A DNA stretch of 64,000 nucleotides from an uncultured Planctomycetia bacterium (GCA_964406665.1 CAYOSQ010000002.1:3598-67597), one strand, 5' to 3'. Counted from the stretch's first letter, positions 25,880 through 35,503 are shown. Notes: a model not told the origin generated them from the sequence alone. Numbers and translations are program-made.

Positions 25880-26560
25880 TTATGGTAAATAATGCAAGGG
25901 GTTATATGGCCGATCTTTTTTTCTTACTTCAAAATGTAAATAGCTAGTCCGAGAACTACCGCCACCAGATTTTGCTATTGTCATTCCTTGAGTTATATAG
26001 TCTTTTGAATTTACAAGGATCTCCGAATTGTTCGTATATACAGTTGAAAGGTCGTCATCGTGTTCTATGATAATACTTTTTCCATATCCTTTTATTTCTC
26101 CACAAAAAGATGCTTTTCCGCTTTTTGCAGCGCGAATGTTTTCTTTTGGATTTATTTTAATGTTGATTCCGTTATTTTTTCTTTCATTGAACTTTTGGCC
26201 AAAATATGAAATGATTTTTCCTTTTATTGGCCAGATAAAGCGTTCTTCTTTTGATGTTTTCGTTGATACAGCCAAGAGCATTTTTTGATCTTTTGCTTTA
26301 GGAATAAATATAAGCTGACCTTTTTTTATTTTTGCCGCATCAGGAATGCGATTTACCTTGATTAATTCATCTAGCTCTACTCCATAGGTTTTAGAGATTC
26401 TCCAGAGTGTTTCGCTTGCTCCCACCTTATGATAAATTCCTGGAATGGTTCTATCAGGTCGTCTCGATGTTTTAGGCGGGCTAACAACAGTTTGGCTTAC
26501 ACAGGAAAATAAGTGTAGTGTTATTAGTGGAAGCAAAAATATTCTTAAATTATTTTTCAT
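25880..26560 (-). CDS. LysM-M23 peptidoglycan metalloendopeptidase lipoprotein (NlpD-like)
   Basis: Lipobox LFSC, LysM (IYHKVGASETLWRISKTYGV), and M23 C-terminus (...IIIEHDDDLSTVYTNNS..., YLHFEVRKKDRPYNP). Confidence 0.85.
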   Translation of the reverse strand: MKNNLRIFLLPLITLHLFSCVSQTVVSPPKTSRRPDRTIPGIYHKVGASETLWRISKTYGVELDELIKVNRIPDAAKIKKGQLIFIPKAKDQKMLLAVSTKTSKEERFIWPIKGKIISYFGQKFNERKNNGINIKINPKENIRAAKSGKASFCGEIKGYGKSIIIEHDDDLSTVYTNNSEILVNSKDYITQGMTIAKSGGGSSRTSYLHFEVRKKDRPYNPLHYLP

Positions 26561-26574
26561 CTTTATACATTAAA

Positions 26575-26645
26575 AGCGAGCGAGGGGAATCGAACCCCCC
26601 CGTTCAGCTTGGGAAGCTGATGTTCTACCACTAAACTACGCTCGC
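26575..26645 (-). tRNA. tRNA-Gly (anticodon CCC)
   Basis: Minus-strand read: GCGAGCG TA GTTT AGTGGTA GAAC A TCAGC TTCCCAA GCTGA ACGGG GGGGG TTCGATT CCCCT CGCTCGC. Cloverleaf folds with a 7-bp acceptor stem, GG in the D-loop and TTCGATT in the T-loop. No encoded CCA. Confidence 0.85.
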
Positions 26646-27932
26646 ATCGAGTTCTTTCAAGCTTTCTTCAATAATCTTAATTGAGCAGTACTCGCCACAC
26701 ATTGAGCACGTGTTCATCTTATTAGCTTTGATTGAATCCCTGTATTCTTTGGCTTTATCAGGATCTATTGATAACCCAATTTGAGCTTTCCAGTCTCTAT
26801 TCTTTCTTGAAGTTGAAATAGCTTTATCCCATAAAATTTCTTTTTTTGAATTCTTTACTAGGTCAGCGGCATGGCCTGCGATTCTACTGGCAATTAATCC
26901 TTCTTTTACGTCCTCTAAGGTTGGTAGTCTTAGGTGTTCTGCTGGAGTTACGTAACAAAGAAAATCCGCTCCGTGGCTAGCTGCTATGGCACCACCGATT
27001 GCAGCTGAAATATGGTCATAACCAGGGGCAACATCAGTAACCAATGGTCCTAAAACATAAAATGGTGCTCCGTCGCAAAGTTTTTTCTCAAGAATAATAT
27101 TTGCAGCAATTTCGTTGATTGGTATATGCCCAGGCCCTTCAATCATTACTTGAACACCTTTTTTTCGGGCAAGCCTACCCAATTTTCCTAAAAGACTCAG
27201 CTCCTTAAATTGAAGTGAATCAGATGAATCTAAAATAGTTCCTGGCCTTAAGGCATCGCCTAAGCTTAGGGTTATGTCGTACTCCTTGGCAATATCTATA
27301 ATCTTGTCAAAGTGTTCATAGAAAGGATTTTCTTTATTATGGTGAGACATCCACTTTGCCATAATCGCTCCACCCCTGCTTACGATATCCAGCAATCTCT
27401 TTTTTTTCTTCAGTTCTTTTACGTTTTCAAGCGTAACCCCACAATGAATTGTAAAGAAATCAATGCCATCTTCTGCATGCGATCTAAGGACAGCAAGAAT
27501 ATCATCAATGTTCATTTCTAAAAAAGAAGAATTCTTTCTTTGGACCTTTGTTGCGGCTTCATAGATTGGAACTGTACCTATGGGAATCGGAGATTCTTTG
27601 ACGATGGCTTTGCGGATATTTTTTAGGTTGCCACCCACGCTTAAATCCATCACTGTATCTGCTTTATATTTAACAGCAATTTCCAGTTTTTTTAATTCAT
27701 CATCGATTTTAGATTTATCAGTTGATGTGCCGAGATTCACGTTTACTTTAGTTTTGAGGCCAAGCCCAATTCCGCAAGGGTTGCTTAAATCATGAATTCT
27801 GTTTTTAGGAATAACAATTTTTCCCTGAGCAATCTTTTGCAACAAGAATTCCTTGGAAACATTTTCTTTCTTTGCAACTTGGGAAATCTCGGAAGTGATT
27901 TTTGATTTTTTTGCTGATTCTAAAAGCGTCAT
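26631..27932 (-). CDS. thiC: Phosphomethylpyrimidine synthase
   Basis: Full-length ThiC with a C-terminal CSMCGEYCS Fe-S motif. The last 15 nt overlap the tRNA-Gly gene. Confidence 0.9.
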   Translation of the reverse strand: MTLLESAKKSKITSEISQVAKKENVSKEFLLQKIAQGKIVIPKNRIHDLSNPCGIGLGLKTKVNVNLGTSTDKSKIDDELKKLEIAVKYKADTVMDLSVGGNLKNIRKAIVKESPIPIGTVPIYEAATKVQRKNSSFLEMNIDDILAVLRSHAEDGIDFFTIHCGVTLENVKELKKKKRLLDIVSRGGAIMAKWMSHHNKENPFYEHFDKIIDIAKEYDITLSLGDALRPGTILDSSDSLQFKELSLLGKLGRLARKKGVQVMIEGPGHIPINEIAANIILEKKLCDGAPFYVLGPLVTDVAPGYDHISAAIGGAIAASHGADFLCYVTPAEHLRLPTLEDVKEGLIASRIAGHAADLVKNSKKEILWDKAISTSRKNRDWKAQIGLSIDPDKAKEYRDSIKANKMNTCSMCGEYCSIKIIEESLKELDASVV

Positions 27933-28366
27933 TTTTTTAACCTATTTCTCATAGTTTTTTGTTCAAGAGAGTATATTCTATAGCGTAAGTCTTTAAATTT
28001 TTCTGCAATGTTTTTATCTATAACTTTAAAAAATTCTTCTATCACGCGTATGGATTCTTTGGATCTTTGAATATTAGCTAAAAATATATCAGAAGTATTT
28101 TTTCTATTAAACTCAATAGCATTAGATGGCCTGCCCACATCCTTTTTTACGTCTCTTGATTTTAGAAGCGCATTAGTTGTAAAGGGAGCTTGTTTTATCA
28201 GGTCCGTGACTCTATGTCGTATGGTCTTAAATTCTTTTGTTGAGTAGCTATTATTAGAAAAAAACCTAACTTCATCTTCACAAACTCTAAGGCCTTCTTT
28301 TACTCTGTTTACGTTTGCATCAATGATTCTTAAAATCTTTTTATTAAAATTATCTTTTTTTTCCAT
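27929..28366 (-). CDS. Hypothetical 145-aa protein co-transcribed between rfaE and thiC
   Basis: LRIIDANVNRVKEGLRVCEDEVRF motif. 4-nt overlap with thiC and 17-nt overlap with rfaE. I cannot assign a family with confidence. Confidence 0.45.
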   Translation of the reverse strand: MEKKDNFNKKILRIIDANVNRVKEGLRVCEDEVRFFSNNSYSTKEFKTIRHRVTDLIKQAPFTTNALLKSRDVKKDVGRPSNAIEFNRKNTSDIFLANIQRSKESIRVIEEFFKVIDKNIAEKFKDLRYRIYSLEQKTMRNRLKK

Positions 28367-28844
28367 ATCGTTTAAGAATAATATTTATTGTTTTTGAAGT
28401 TGAGCGGTTCTTAAGCAAGGGGACAGTTAGTACCCTACCTCCTTTAGATTTAACTGCAGCAGAGCCAACTATTGAATTTTTTTTCCAATCAGCTCCCTTT
28501 ATGAGAATATCAGGATTTAATTTTTGGATTAATTTTAATGGTGTTGATTCATTAAAAAACACAACATAATCAACGCAGTTCAGCGCAGCCAGCACTACTG
28601 CTCTATCTGCTCCAGGCATAATTGGTCTAAGAGTTCCCTTTATTTTTTTTACAGACCTGTCGCTATTTATTCCAATAATTAGAATATTGCCTTTTTCTTT
28701 TGCAGCTTCGAGATAGTTAATATGACCGGCATGTAAAATATCAAAACATCCATTTGTGAATACAACTTTTTTTCTAATTTTTTTAAGTCGAGACACTAAC
28801 GCTTTTAACTCGCCTTGAGTCTTTATTTTATTTCTACTTTTCAT
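28350..28844 (-). CDS. rfaE: D-glycero-beta-D-manno-heptose 1-phosphate adenylyltransferase (RfaE domain II / HldE C-terminal type cytidylyltransferase)
   Basis: VVFTNGCFDILHAGHINYL nucleotidyltransferase motif; 164 aa. Confidence 0.8.
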   Translation of the reverse strand: MKSRNKIKTQGELKALVSRLKKIRKKVVFTNGCFDILHAGHINYLEAAKEKGNILIIGINSDRSVKKIKGTLRPIMPGADRAVVLAALNCVDYVVFFNESTPLKLIQKLNPDILIKGADWKKNSIVGSAAVKSKGGRVLTVPLLKNRSTSKTINIILKRYGKKR

Positions 28845-29413
28845 TTTTCGGTAAGTTTTTCTTCGGCAAGTTCACATATAATGTGGCCGATGATGATATG
28901 TGCCTCTTGGATTCTGGCGGTTATCTCAGATGGAATGTTAAGGCTTATATCAGCTTGTTTAGAGAGGCTTCCTCCTTCGGCACCTACAAATCCGATAGTT
29001 TTTATGCCAATATCTTTTGCTTTTTTGATTCCCTCAATTACGCTTTCAGCATTTCCGCTGGTGGAGATCCCGATTACGATATCTTTTGGGTTTGCTAGAG
29101 CTTCAATCTGTTTAGAAAAAACTTGATTATAGCCAAAGTCATTAGCGATAGCAGTGATTATTGAGGTGTTTACAGTAAGAGCAATGGCTGGCAGTGCCTG
29201 ACGATTCTTCTTAAACCGTCCGACAAATTCTGCTGCGATATGCTGGCTATCGGCAGCGGAGCCTCCATTTCCAAAAATGATAAGTTTTCCGCCCTTTTGC
29301 AAAGAGTCAATTATTACATCTGAGATAGCCATAATTGTGTCTATCTGGGAATCAAGGATGGTTTTATTTATTGAGATTGAATCTTCGAGAACCTGTTTAA
29401 TTTTATCTTTCAT
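28841..29413 (-). CDS. gmhA: Phosphoheptose isomerase (SIS domain)
   Basis: GGKLIIFGNGGSAADSQHIAAEFVGRF; 190 aa. Confidence 0.85.
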   Translation of the reverse strand: MKDKIKQVLEDSISINKTILDSQIDTIMAISDVIIDSLQKGGKLIIFGNGGSAADSQHIAAEFVGRFKKNRQALPAIALTVNTSIITAIANDFGYNQVFSKQIEALANPKDIVIGISTSGNAESVIEGIKKAKDIGIKTIGFVGAEGGSLSKQADISLNIPSEITARIQEAHIIIGHIICELAEEKLTEK

Positions 29414-29415
29414 GA

Positions 29416-30447
29416 TTATCCGAAAAATATCTTTGCCATTTCATAAAGTTTCATATCGACTGTCTTAAGTTTTTCTACAGTTCCTACGATTTTTACTGAG
29501 CCGATATCTTTTCCGTTTAGGCTAACCATTTGACCGAATTTCTTCTTTTTTATTAACTCAATGGCTTTTACCCCAAAGCGGGTTCCTAGGATTCTATCGT
29601 ATGCTGTAGGAGAGCCACCTCTTTGGATATGGCCTAGTACGCTTACTCTTGTTTCAATGCCGATTTTATCTTCAATCATTTTTCCTAGCTGATCTCCGAT
29701 TCCACCAAGCCTAACGTGTCCAAAGGCATCTAGCTTTTCTTCTTGTTTTGCAAAAACACCTTTTTTGAACTGAGCTCCTTCTGACACAACTACGATGCTA
29801 AAGTTTTTACCTCTTTTATGACGTTTTTTTAGTGAGCTGCAGACAAAATCAAAATCAATATATTTTTCTGGAATTAATATCATATCTGCGCCACCAGCAA
29901 TACCGGAAAAAGTAGCTATCCAGCCAGCATGTCTACCCATAACTTCAACTACCATAATTCTATGGTGGCTTTCTGCTGTTGTATGCAATCTGTCTATGCA
30001 TTCTGTTGCAATGTTAACAGCTGTGTCAAATCCGAATGTATAGTCTGTTCCGGAAAGGTCATTATCGATGGTTTTAGGCACGCCAACTACGTTTAATCCT
30101 TTCTTAACAAGTTTAGCAGCTACGCCAAGCGTATCTTCGCCACCAATAGCTATGAGAGCATTAAGTTTAAGCTTTTTGTAGTTAGCAATAACTTTTTTGA
30201 CGTCTTTTTCTTTTTTGAATGGATTTGTTCTGCTGGTTCCCAGGATTGTGCCACCTTTATGAAGTATGCCGGAAGCCTTTCTTAAATTGAGAGGTTCAGC
30301 AATATTTGCAACCAATCCTTTCCAGCCATTTTTTATTCCGATTATCTCGTAGCCTTCTTGGTCACCTTTTCTTACCACAGCTCTTATAACCGCATTTAAT
30401 CCCGGGCAATCACCACCGCCAGTAAGTATTCCTATTCTTTTTGCCAT
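29416..30447 (-). CDS. pfkA: 6-phosphofructokinase
   Basis: RIGILTGGGDCPGLNAVIR, GGDGT-like GGEDT, MGR motif. Confidence 0.9.
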   Translation of the reverse strand: MAKRIGILTGGGDCPGLNAVIRAVVRKGDQEGYEIIGIKNGWKGLVANIAEPLNLRKASGILHKGGTILGTSRTNPFKKEKDVKKVIANYKKLKLNALIAIGGEDTLGVAAKLVKKGLNVVGVPKTIDNDLSGTDYTFGFDTAVNIATECIDRLHTTAESHHRIMVVEVMGRHAGWIATFSGIAGGADMILIPEKYIDFDFVCSSLKKRHKRGKNFSIVVVSEGAQFKKGVFAKQEEKLDAFGHVRLGGIGDQLGKMIEDKIGIETRVSVLGHIQRGGSPTAYDRILGTRFGVKAIELIKKKKFGQMVSLNGKDIGSVKIVGTVEKLKTVDMKLYEMAKIFFG

Positions 30448-30468
30448 TTTTTAATCCCCCTTTTTATT

Positions 30469-31083
30469 TTAGAAATTTTGAAATGGAACCGTTGGTTCTT
30501 CTAATTTTTCTTCTTCTGATTCTTTCTTTCTCTTTGGTTTCGTTTCTTTGGTTTCGTAGGAAATAATCTTTGAGATATGAACAAAAACTGTTATCTCTTC
30601 ATCAACACCTAAGATTTCCTGAACCTTGCTTTTTATCAGCTCTTGAATTCTTAAAGTCAAATCAGGAATATTTGTTTCAGTCTTAAGTATAAGTCTTAGA
30701 TCTATCTGAATACCCTTTTTAGAAACTATTACATTTGGTCTTAATTCTTTAATTTCTGTAATGGGAGACGTTAGTTTTCTAACTAAGTCTTCTACGGCAG
30801 AAAGAGAAACTGTTACTCTGCCAGACGGATTATTGAAAGCAATTGTTTTTTCTTTCTGCATCCTACCAAGGATTACTTGTGCAAAGGAAAGGCTTACCAA
30901 AATAAGAAGAGCTCCGATTAGTCCTATGATAGAGCGTAAATTTATATCTGAATATCCCACATCAAGCAGGTTTATTATATCTGCTAAAGGAATTAAATGC
31001 ATAGCAAATCCAATTATTGCCATTCCAAAAAAACATAAAACTAGGGCATAAAAAAATATGCCGAAAGTTGTAAAAAGTTTCAT
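30469..31083 (-). CDS. Membrane-anchored protein; Asp23/Gls24-like or DUF-type partner of Asp23
   Basis: Two N-terminal TM helices, then a domain with Asp23-like periodicity and an acidic C-terminus. Adjacent to an Asp23 gene. Confidence 0.4.
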   Translation of the reverse strand: MKLFTTFGIFFYALVLCFFGMAIIGFAMHLIPLADIINLLDVGYSDINLRSIIGLIGALLILVSLSFAQVILGRMQKEKTIAFNNPSGRVTVSLSAVEDLVRKLTSPITEIKELRPNVIVSKKGIQIDLRLILKTETNIPDLTLRIQELIKSKVQEILGVDEEITVFVHISKIISYETKETKPKRKKESEEEKLEEPTVPFQNF

Positions 31084-31086
31084 AGG

Positions 31087-31437
31087 TTACCCCCTCTCGA
31101 TACCTTGAATATCAACGTTAATATCTTTTAAGCTCATATTAGTCATTCTGTCAATCGCTGCCCTAACATTATCTTGAATCTTTATTGCGATATCAGGAAT
31201 GCTAACACCATAGCTAACTATAACCGGAATAATAATTTGAACTTCATTATCGCTATCAATGGATACCTTAATGCCGCTTAAAGAAGATTTTTTGTTTAAC
31301 AAGTTGAATACGTTATCTTTTAAACCTTTAGGAATATCTTTAACTCCTTCTACTTCTAAAGTAGCTATTGTGGCTATGGAAGCGATTACTTTTCCGTGAA
31401 TTCTCACAGCACCTAAATCTATCTTTTCATCTTTCAT
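31087..31437 (-). CDS. Asp23/Gls24 family envelope stress protein
   Basis: GKVIASIATIATLEVEGV...VQIIIPVIVSYGVSIPDIAIKIQDNV is the Asp23 pattern. Start is directly downstream of the accC stop. Confidence 0.75.
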   Translation of the reverse strand: MKDEKIDLGAVRIHGKVIASIATIATLEVEGVKDIPKGLKDNVFNLLNKKSSLSGIKVSIDSDNEVQIIIPVIVSYGVSIPDIAIKIQDNVRAAIDRMTNMSLKDINVDIQGIERG

Positions 31438-32799
31438 TTAAGTCTCCGCATCGTTTTTGACATTAATAATTTCTTCTATGAAATGAGTATTTATTTCGCC
31501 GCGTCTAAATAATGGGTTTTTGAAAACCTTAGAGTGAAATGGTATGGTTGTTTTAATTGGACCAACAATAAATTCTTGAAGTGCTCGTTGCATTCTAAGC
31601 AGGGCTTCCGAGCGGTCTTTTCCATGTACGATTAATTTAGCAAGAAGAGAATCATAAAATGGGCTTATTTCATAGCCGGGGTAAATATGTGTATCTAACC
31701 TAACCCCATTGCCTCCGGGAAGTATAAGATCTTTAATTCTTCCCGGACTGGGAGTAAAATCATTATCTGGGTCTTCTGCATTTATTCTGCATTCAATTGC
31801 AGCACCTTCAAGCTTTACCTCGGACTGTTTTATTACTAATTTCTCTCCGGCAGCGATTTTGATTTGTTCTTTTACAAGGTCTATTCCCGTAACCAGTTCG
31901 GTAACTGGATGTTCGACTTGAATTCTTGTATTCATTTCAATGAAATAAAATTCTCCGTTTTCATCTAGTAAGAATTCCATTGTTCCAGCGCCTTTGTAAT
32001 TTGCTGCTTTTGCTCCTTTTACAGCGAGTTCGCCAATTTCATTTCTTAGCTTACTATTTAAGGCTGTAGAGGGGGTTTCTTCGATTAATTTTTGATGCCT
32101 TCTTTGAATGCTACAATCTCTTTCGCCTAAGTGAATAATATTTCCGTAATTATCAGCAAGGATTTGGAATTCAATGTGTCTGGGGCTTGTGATGTATTTT
32201 TCTACATAAACCCCAGAATTTCCAAAGGCAGCCTCAGCTTCAGCCTGTGCAGTCATTAAAGAGCTGACAAGCCGGATATCATTGTGGCAAACTCTCATCC
32301 CTTTTCCGCCACCGCCTGCAGCAGCTTTTATGATTATTGGATACTTGATTTTCTTAGCAATTTTTAGAGCCTCGTCCTTATTTTGTATTGCCGAGGCGCT
32401 CCCCGGGACAGTAGGTAAATCCACTTTTCTCATAGTTTCGCGCGCTAATATCTTATCTCCCATCAACCTCATTGATTCTGGACTTGGACCTATGAAGGTG
32501 ATTTGACAAGATTCACAGATTTCAGCAAAGTGAGGGTTTTCAGCGAGAAATCCATATCCGGGATGAATAGCCTCTACATCGGTTATCTCTGCTGCAGAAA
32601 TAATAGCCGGGATATTTAAATAGCTTTCTGAACTTAGGGATTTTCCAATACATACGGCTTCATCAGCAAGGTTAACGTGTAGTGAATTTCTATCAGATTC
32701 CGAATAGACAGCAACAGTTGCAATATTTAATTCTTTGCAAGCTCGAATTACTCGTAATGCTATTTCGCCTCTATTGGCTATAAGAATTTTAGAAAACAT
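31438..32799 (-). CDS. accC: Acetyl-CoA carboxylase biotin carboxylase subunit
   Basis: [26 protein letters not shown]..., ATP-grasp, [17 protein letters not shown]. Confidence 0.95.
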   Translation of the reverse strand: MFSKILIANRGEIALRVIRACKELNIATVAVYSESDRNSLHVNLADEAVCIGKSLSSESYLNIPAIISAAEITDVEAIHPGYGFLAENPHFAEICESCQITFIGPSPESMRLMGDKILARETMRKVDLPTVPGSASAIQNKDEALKIAKKIKYPIIIKAAAGGGGKGMRVCHNDIRLVSSLMTAQAEAEAAFGNSGVYVEKYITSPRHIEFQILADNYGNIIHLGERDCSIQRRHQKLIEETPSTALNSKLRNEIGELAVKGAKAANYKGAGTMEFLLDENGEFYFIEMNTRIQVEHPVTELVTGIDLVKEQIKIAAGEKLVIKQSEVKLEGAAIECRINAEDPDNDFTPSPGRIKDLILPGGNGVRLDTHIYPGYEISPFYDSLLAKLIVHGKDRSEALLRMQRALQEFIVGPIKTTIPFHSKVFKNPLFRRGEINTHFIEEIINVKNDAET

Positions 32800-32801
32800 T
32801 T

Positions 32802-33263
32802 TTATGCAGGCTCAATTAAAAATAAGGGTTGTCCGAACTCAACAGGTTCACCATTTTCTACCAATACTTCAACGATTTTTCCTTTGGCCTCAGATTTTAT
32901 TTCATTCATAAGTTTCATTGCTTCGATTATGCAGACCACTTGACCTATTTCAACTCCTTGATTTACATCAACAAAAGGCTCAGCATCTGGAGTCGGTGCC
33001 CTATAAAACGTTCCTACCATAGGAGATTTTATCTCAACAGTTTTAGAGGATGATGTTTTTTCAGGTGTAGATTCAGGTTGGGCAGTGGGCGCTGGATGAG
33101 CATTCTGTTCAAATTTGTACTCAGGTATAATCCTAACTTTCTCAGAAGAATCATCCGTTTCTTTTTTAAGTCTTATTTTTGCACCTTCACGTTCAATCTC
33201 TATTTCTTTCAGACCGTTTTCGTTCATTAGGTTGATAATTTCTTTAATTTCTTTAAGATTCAT
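32802..33263 (-). CDS. accB: Biotin carboxyl carrier protein
   Basis: C-terminal biotinyl domain [10 protein letters not shown]. Confidence 0.9.
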   Translation of the reverse strand: MNLKEIKEIINLMNENGLKEIEIEREGAKIRLKKETDDSSEKVRIIPEYKFEQNAHPAPTAQPESTPEKTSSSKTVEIKSPMVGTFYRAPTPDAEPFVDVNQGVEIGQVVCIIEAMKLMNEIKSEAKGKIVEVLVENGEPVEFGQPLFLIEPA

Positions 33264-33286
33264 TTAATCTTCCTTTCTGAAAAATC

Positions 33287-33847
33287 TTATACACGGGATA
33301 AGTATTCGCTGGTTCTAGTATCTACTTTTACAGTGTCACCCTCAGAAATAAAAAGCGGAACTTGAATTACTGCTCCTGTCTCGATAGTGGCCGGTTTAGT
33401 TGCGCCTTTAGCTGTGTCTCCTCTAATGCCTGGTTCTGTATGAGTAATTTTAAAATTAATTGAATTAGGGAGGTTGATTCTAAGCAGTTCATTCTCATAG
33501 AACAACGCAGTTACATCAAGGTCATCTTTAAGAAATTTTATATTATCATTTATATCTTTTTCAGAAAGCGTAGATTCTTCAAATGAATTTTGATCCATAA
33601 AATGAAATTCGTCGCTAGTTCTGTATAGGTAGCGGAGCGTCTTCTCATCGATGAAAGCTTCAGTAATTTTATCATCAGATTTTAAGGTTCTTTCTAAAAC
33701 TGCGTCAGTTTTAAGATTCTTTAGCTTTATTCTGACGAAGGCGCTTCCCTTTCCAGGCTTTACATGTTGATATTCAACTATTGAAAAAATATTATTGTCC
33801 ATGAGAATGGTAAGCCCAGTTTTAATTTGGTTTATTGATATTGGCAC
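33287..33847 (-). CDS. efp: Elongation factor P
   Basis: 186 aa; KPGKGSAFVRIKLKNL; three-domain EF-P. Confidence 0.9.
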   Translation of the reverse strand: MPISINQIKTGLTILMDNNIFSIVEYQHVKPGKGSAFVRIKLKNLKTDAVLERTLKSDDKITEAFIDEKTLRYLYRTSDEFHFMDQNSFEESTLSEKDINDNIKFLKDDLDVTALFYENELLRINLPNSINFKITHTEPGIRGDTAKGATKPATIETGAVIQVPLFISEGDTVKVDTRTSEYLSRV

Positions 33848-34883
33848 TTAAAACCTCGCATCCGTTGTCGGTAACTAAAACCATATCTTCAAGTCTTATT
33901 CCAAACTTGTTAGAAATATAAACTGCCGGCTCAACAGTAATGATCATTCCGGCAGTTAATTCAGATTTATTTTTTGAAGATATTGACGGTATTTCGTGAG
34001 TATTTCTACCCACGCCATGCCCAAGAGCATGTCCGAAATATTTTCCTAAGCCTTTGCTTTTAATATAATTACGAGCTACTCTATCGATTTCGCTGATTGG
34101 GACGCCTGCTTTAATTTTATTTATTGCTTTTTCTTGTGCTTCTAAGACAATATTATAGATGTTTGAAACAACAGAGGGTATTTTACCCAAAAAATATACC
34201 CTTGTCAAGTCGGATTTATATCCTAAAAAATCAATGCCGATATCGACGACAATAGGCTCTTTTTCCGCGATAGTTTTTTTGGTAATTGGAGCATGAGGTA
34301 AAGCAGAGTTTTTCCCTGATGCGATTATGGGTTCAAAGGCATAGCTGCAGCCTTTAGATTTTAGAAAGTTGCTTAGAGCAATTTCGACAGCCGATTCTTT
34401 TACGCCTATTTTAATTGTCTTTTTTAGGAAAGCAAAAGCCTGTTTGGTTAAAGTTATTGCTTGCTTCACTTTTTTTAATTCTTCGTCGGATTTTATTTGG
34501 CGCAGAATTTCTACATAATCAAAAGTAGAGATAAATTTTATACTTTTACTAAGATACTTTTTTATAAAGACATATTCTGCTTGACTTAAATGCTTGCTTT
34601 CAAAACCAAGTTTTTTTACTTTGAGTTTTTTGGCTAGATTTACAACGGTTTTAAAGATCGAGCCGTTGATTTTTTGCAAGTATATATTTTTGAGCTTACT
34701 GCGCACCTCATCAATATATCTAAAGTCAGTTATGTAATAGCTGCCTTGTTTTGAAATCAATAACCAAGAATCATGCGAAGTGAAACCAGTTAGGTAGGAA
34801 ACATTGGTTTCGTCAGTTACTAATAATGCTTCCAAATTGTTTATCGAAAGCTCTTTAATTAGCTGTTTAAGCTGTTTGGTCAC
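33822..34883 (-). CDS. pepP: Xaa-Pro aminopeptidase (M24B)
   Basis: Creatinase N-domain plus M24 metal ligands (HALGHGVG, ...EPAVY). Confidence 0.85.
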   Translation of the reverse strand: MTKQLKQLIKELSINNLEALLVTDETNVSYLTGFTSHDSWLLISKQGSYYITDFRYIDEVRSKLKNIYLQKINGSIFKTVVNLAKKLKVKKLGFESKHLSQAEYVFIKKYLSKSIKFISTFDYVEILRQIKSDEELKKVKQAITLTKQAFAFLKKTIKIGVKESAVEIALSNFLKSKGCSYAFEPIIASGKNSALPHAPITKKTIAEKEPIVVDIGIDFLGYKSDLTRVYFLGKIPSVVSNIYNIVLEAQEKAINKIKAGVPISEIDRVARNYIKSKGLGKYFGHALGHGVGRNTHEIPSISSKNKSELTAGMIITVEPAVYISNKFGIRLEDMVLVTDNGCEVLSANINKPN

Positions 34884-35320
34884 TTTTTTAAAGAATTAAT
34901 AATTGCTTTTAGGCCAAGTAGATAGCTATCCATTCCAAAGCCGCTGACTTGTCCTTTACTTACTGGAGCAATTAAGGATGTATGGCGGAATTCTTCTCGG
35001 GAGTAAATGTTGGAAAGGTGCACTTCTACTGTTGGAAGTCCGCTTGCTGAAACAGCGTCACGTATAGCAACGCTAGTATGAGTGTAAGCGGCAGGATTAA
35101 TAAGGATTGCCTTGAAATTATTTTTTTTCGCATTACCGACTAATTCAACGATTTCTCCTTCATGGCTGGATTGTTTAATCTCTAGCTCGACTTTTTCTTC
35201 TTCAGCAATTTTTGTAAGCTTATTGTTAATATCATCTAGTGAAAATTTACCGTATACCTCTGGTTCTCTATCTCCGAGGAGATTCAAATTTGGTCCATGA
35301 ATTACTAAAATTTTATCCAT
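34880..35320 (-). CDS. aroQ: 3-dehydroquinate dehydratase, type II
   Basis: [27 protein letters not shown]. Confidence 0.9.
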   Translation of the reverse strand: MDKILVIHGPNLNLLGDREPEVYGKFSLDDINNKLTKIAEEEKVELEIKQSSHEGEIVELVGNAKKNNFKAILINPAAYTHTSVAIRDAVSASGLPTVEVHLSNIYSREEFRHTSLIAPVSKGQVSGFGMDSYLLGLKAIINSLKK

Positions 35321-35347
35321 TTAAACTCCTTTTTATCGATATGGAAA

Positions 35348-35503
35348 TTATTCTTCTGCTTCGTCAATAAGCATAATCGGGATACCTTCGCGAATAGGGT
35401 ATTTCTTTTTACAGTTTTTGCAAACAATTTTTTCTTCTTTTAGTTCAACATCTGCCTTGCATGCAGGACAGGCTAAGATATCAAGAAGGTCTTTATCGAT
35501 CAT
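35348..35503 (-). CDS. Trm112-like small zinc-ribbon protein (51 aa, MIDKDLLDILACPACKADVELKEEKIVCKNCKKKYPIREGIPIMLIDEAEE); not in the ORF track
   Basis: LLxILACPxCK...C..C...YPI.EGIP.ML is the Trm112/YcaR family signature. AGGAAG RBS. Stop is 5 nt downstream of the DUF1844 start. Confidence 0.65.
   Translation of the reverse strand: MIDKDLLDILACPACKADVELKEEKIVCKNCKKKYPIREGIPIMLIDEAEE

Noticed and set aside
27932-28400. TPP (THI-box) riboswitch upstream of thiC
   Set aside because: Visual search for the conserved CTGAGA/ACCTGATCTGGATAATGCCAGCG-like elements on the minus strand found nothing, and the region is fully occupied by overlapping coding sequence.
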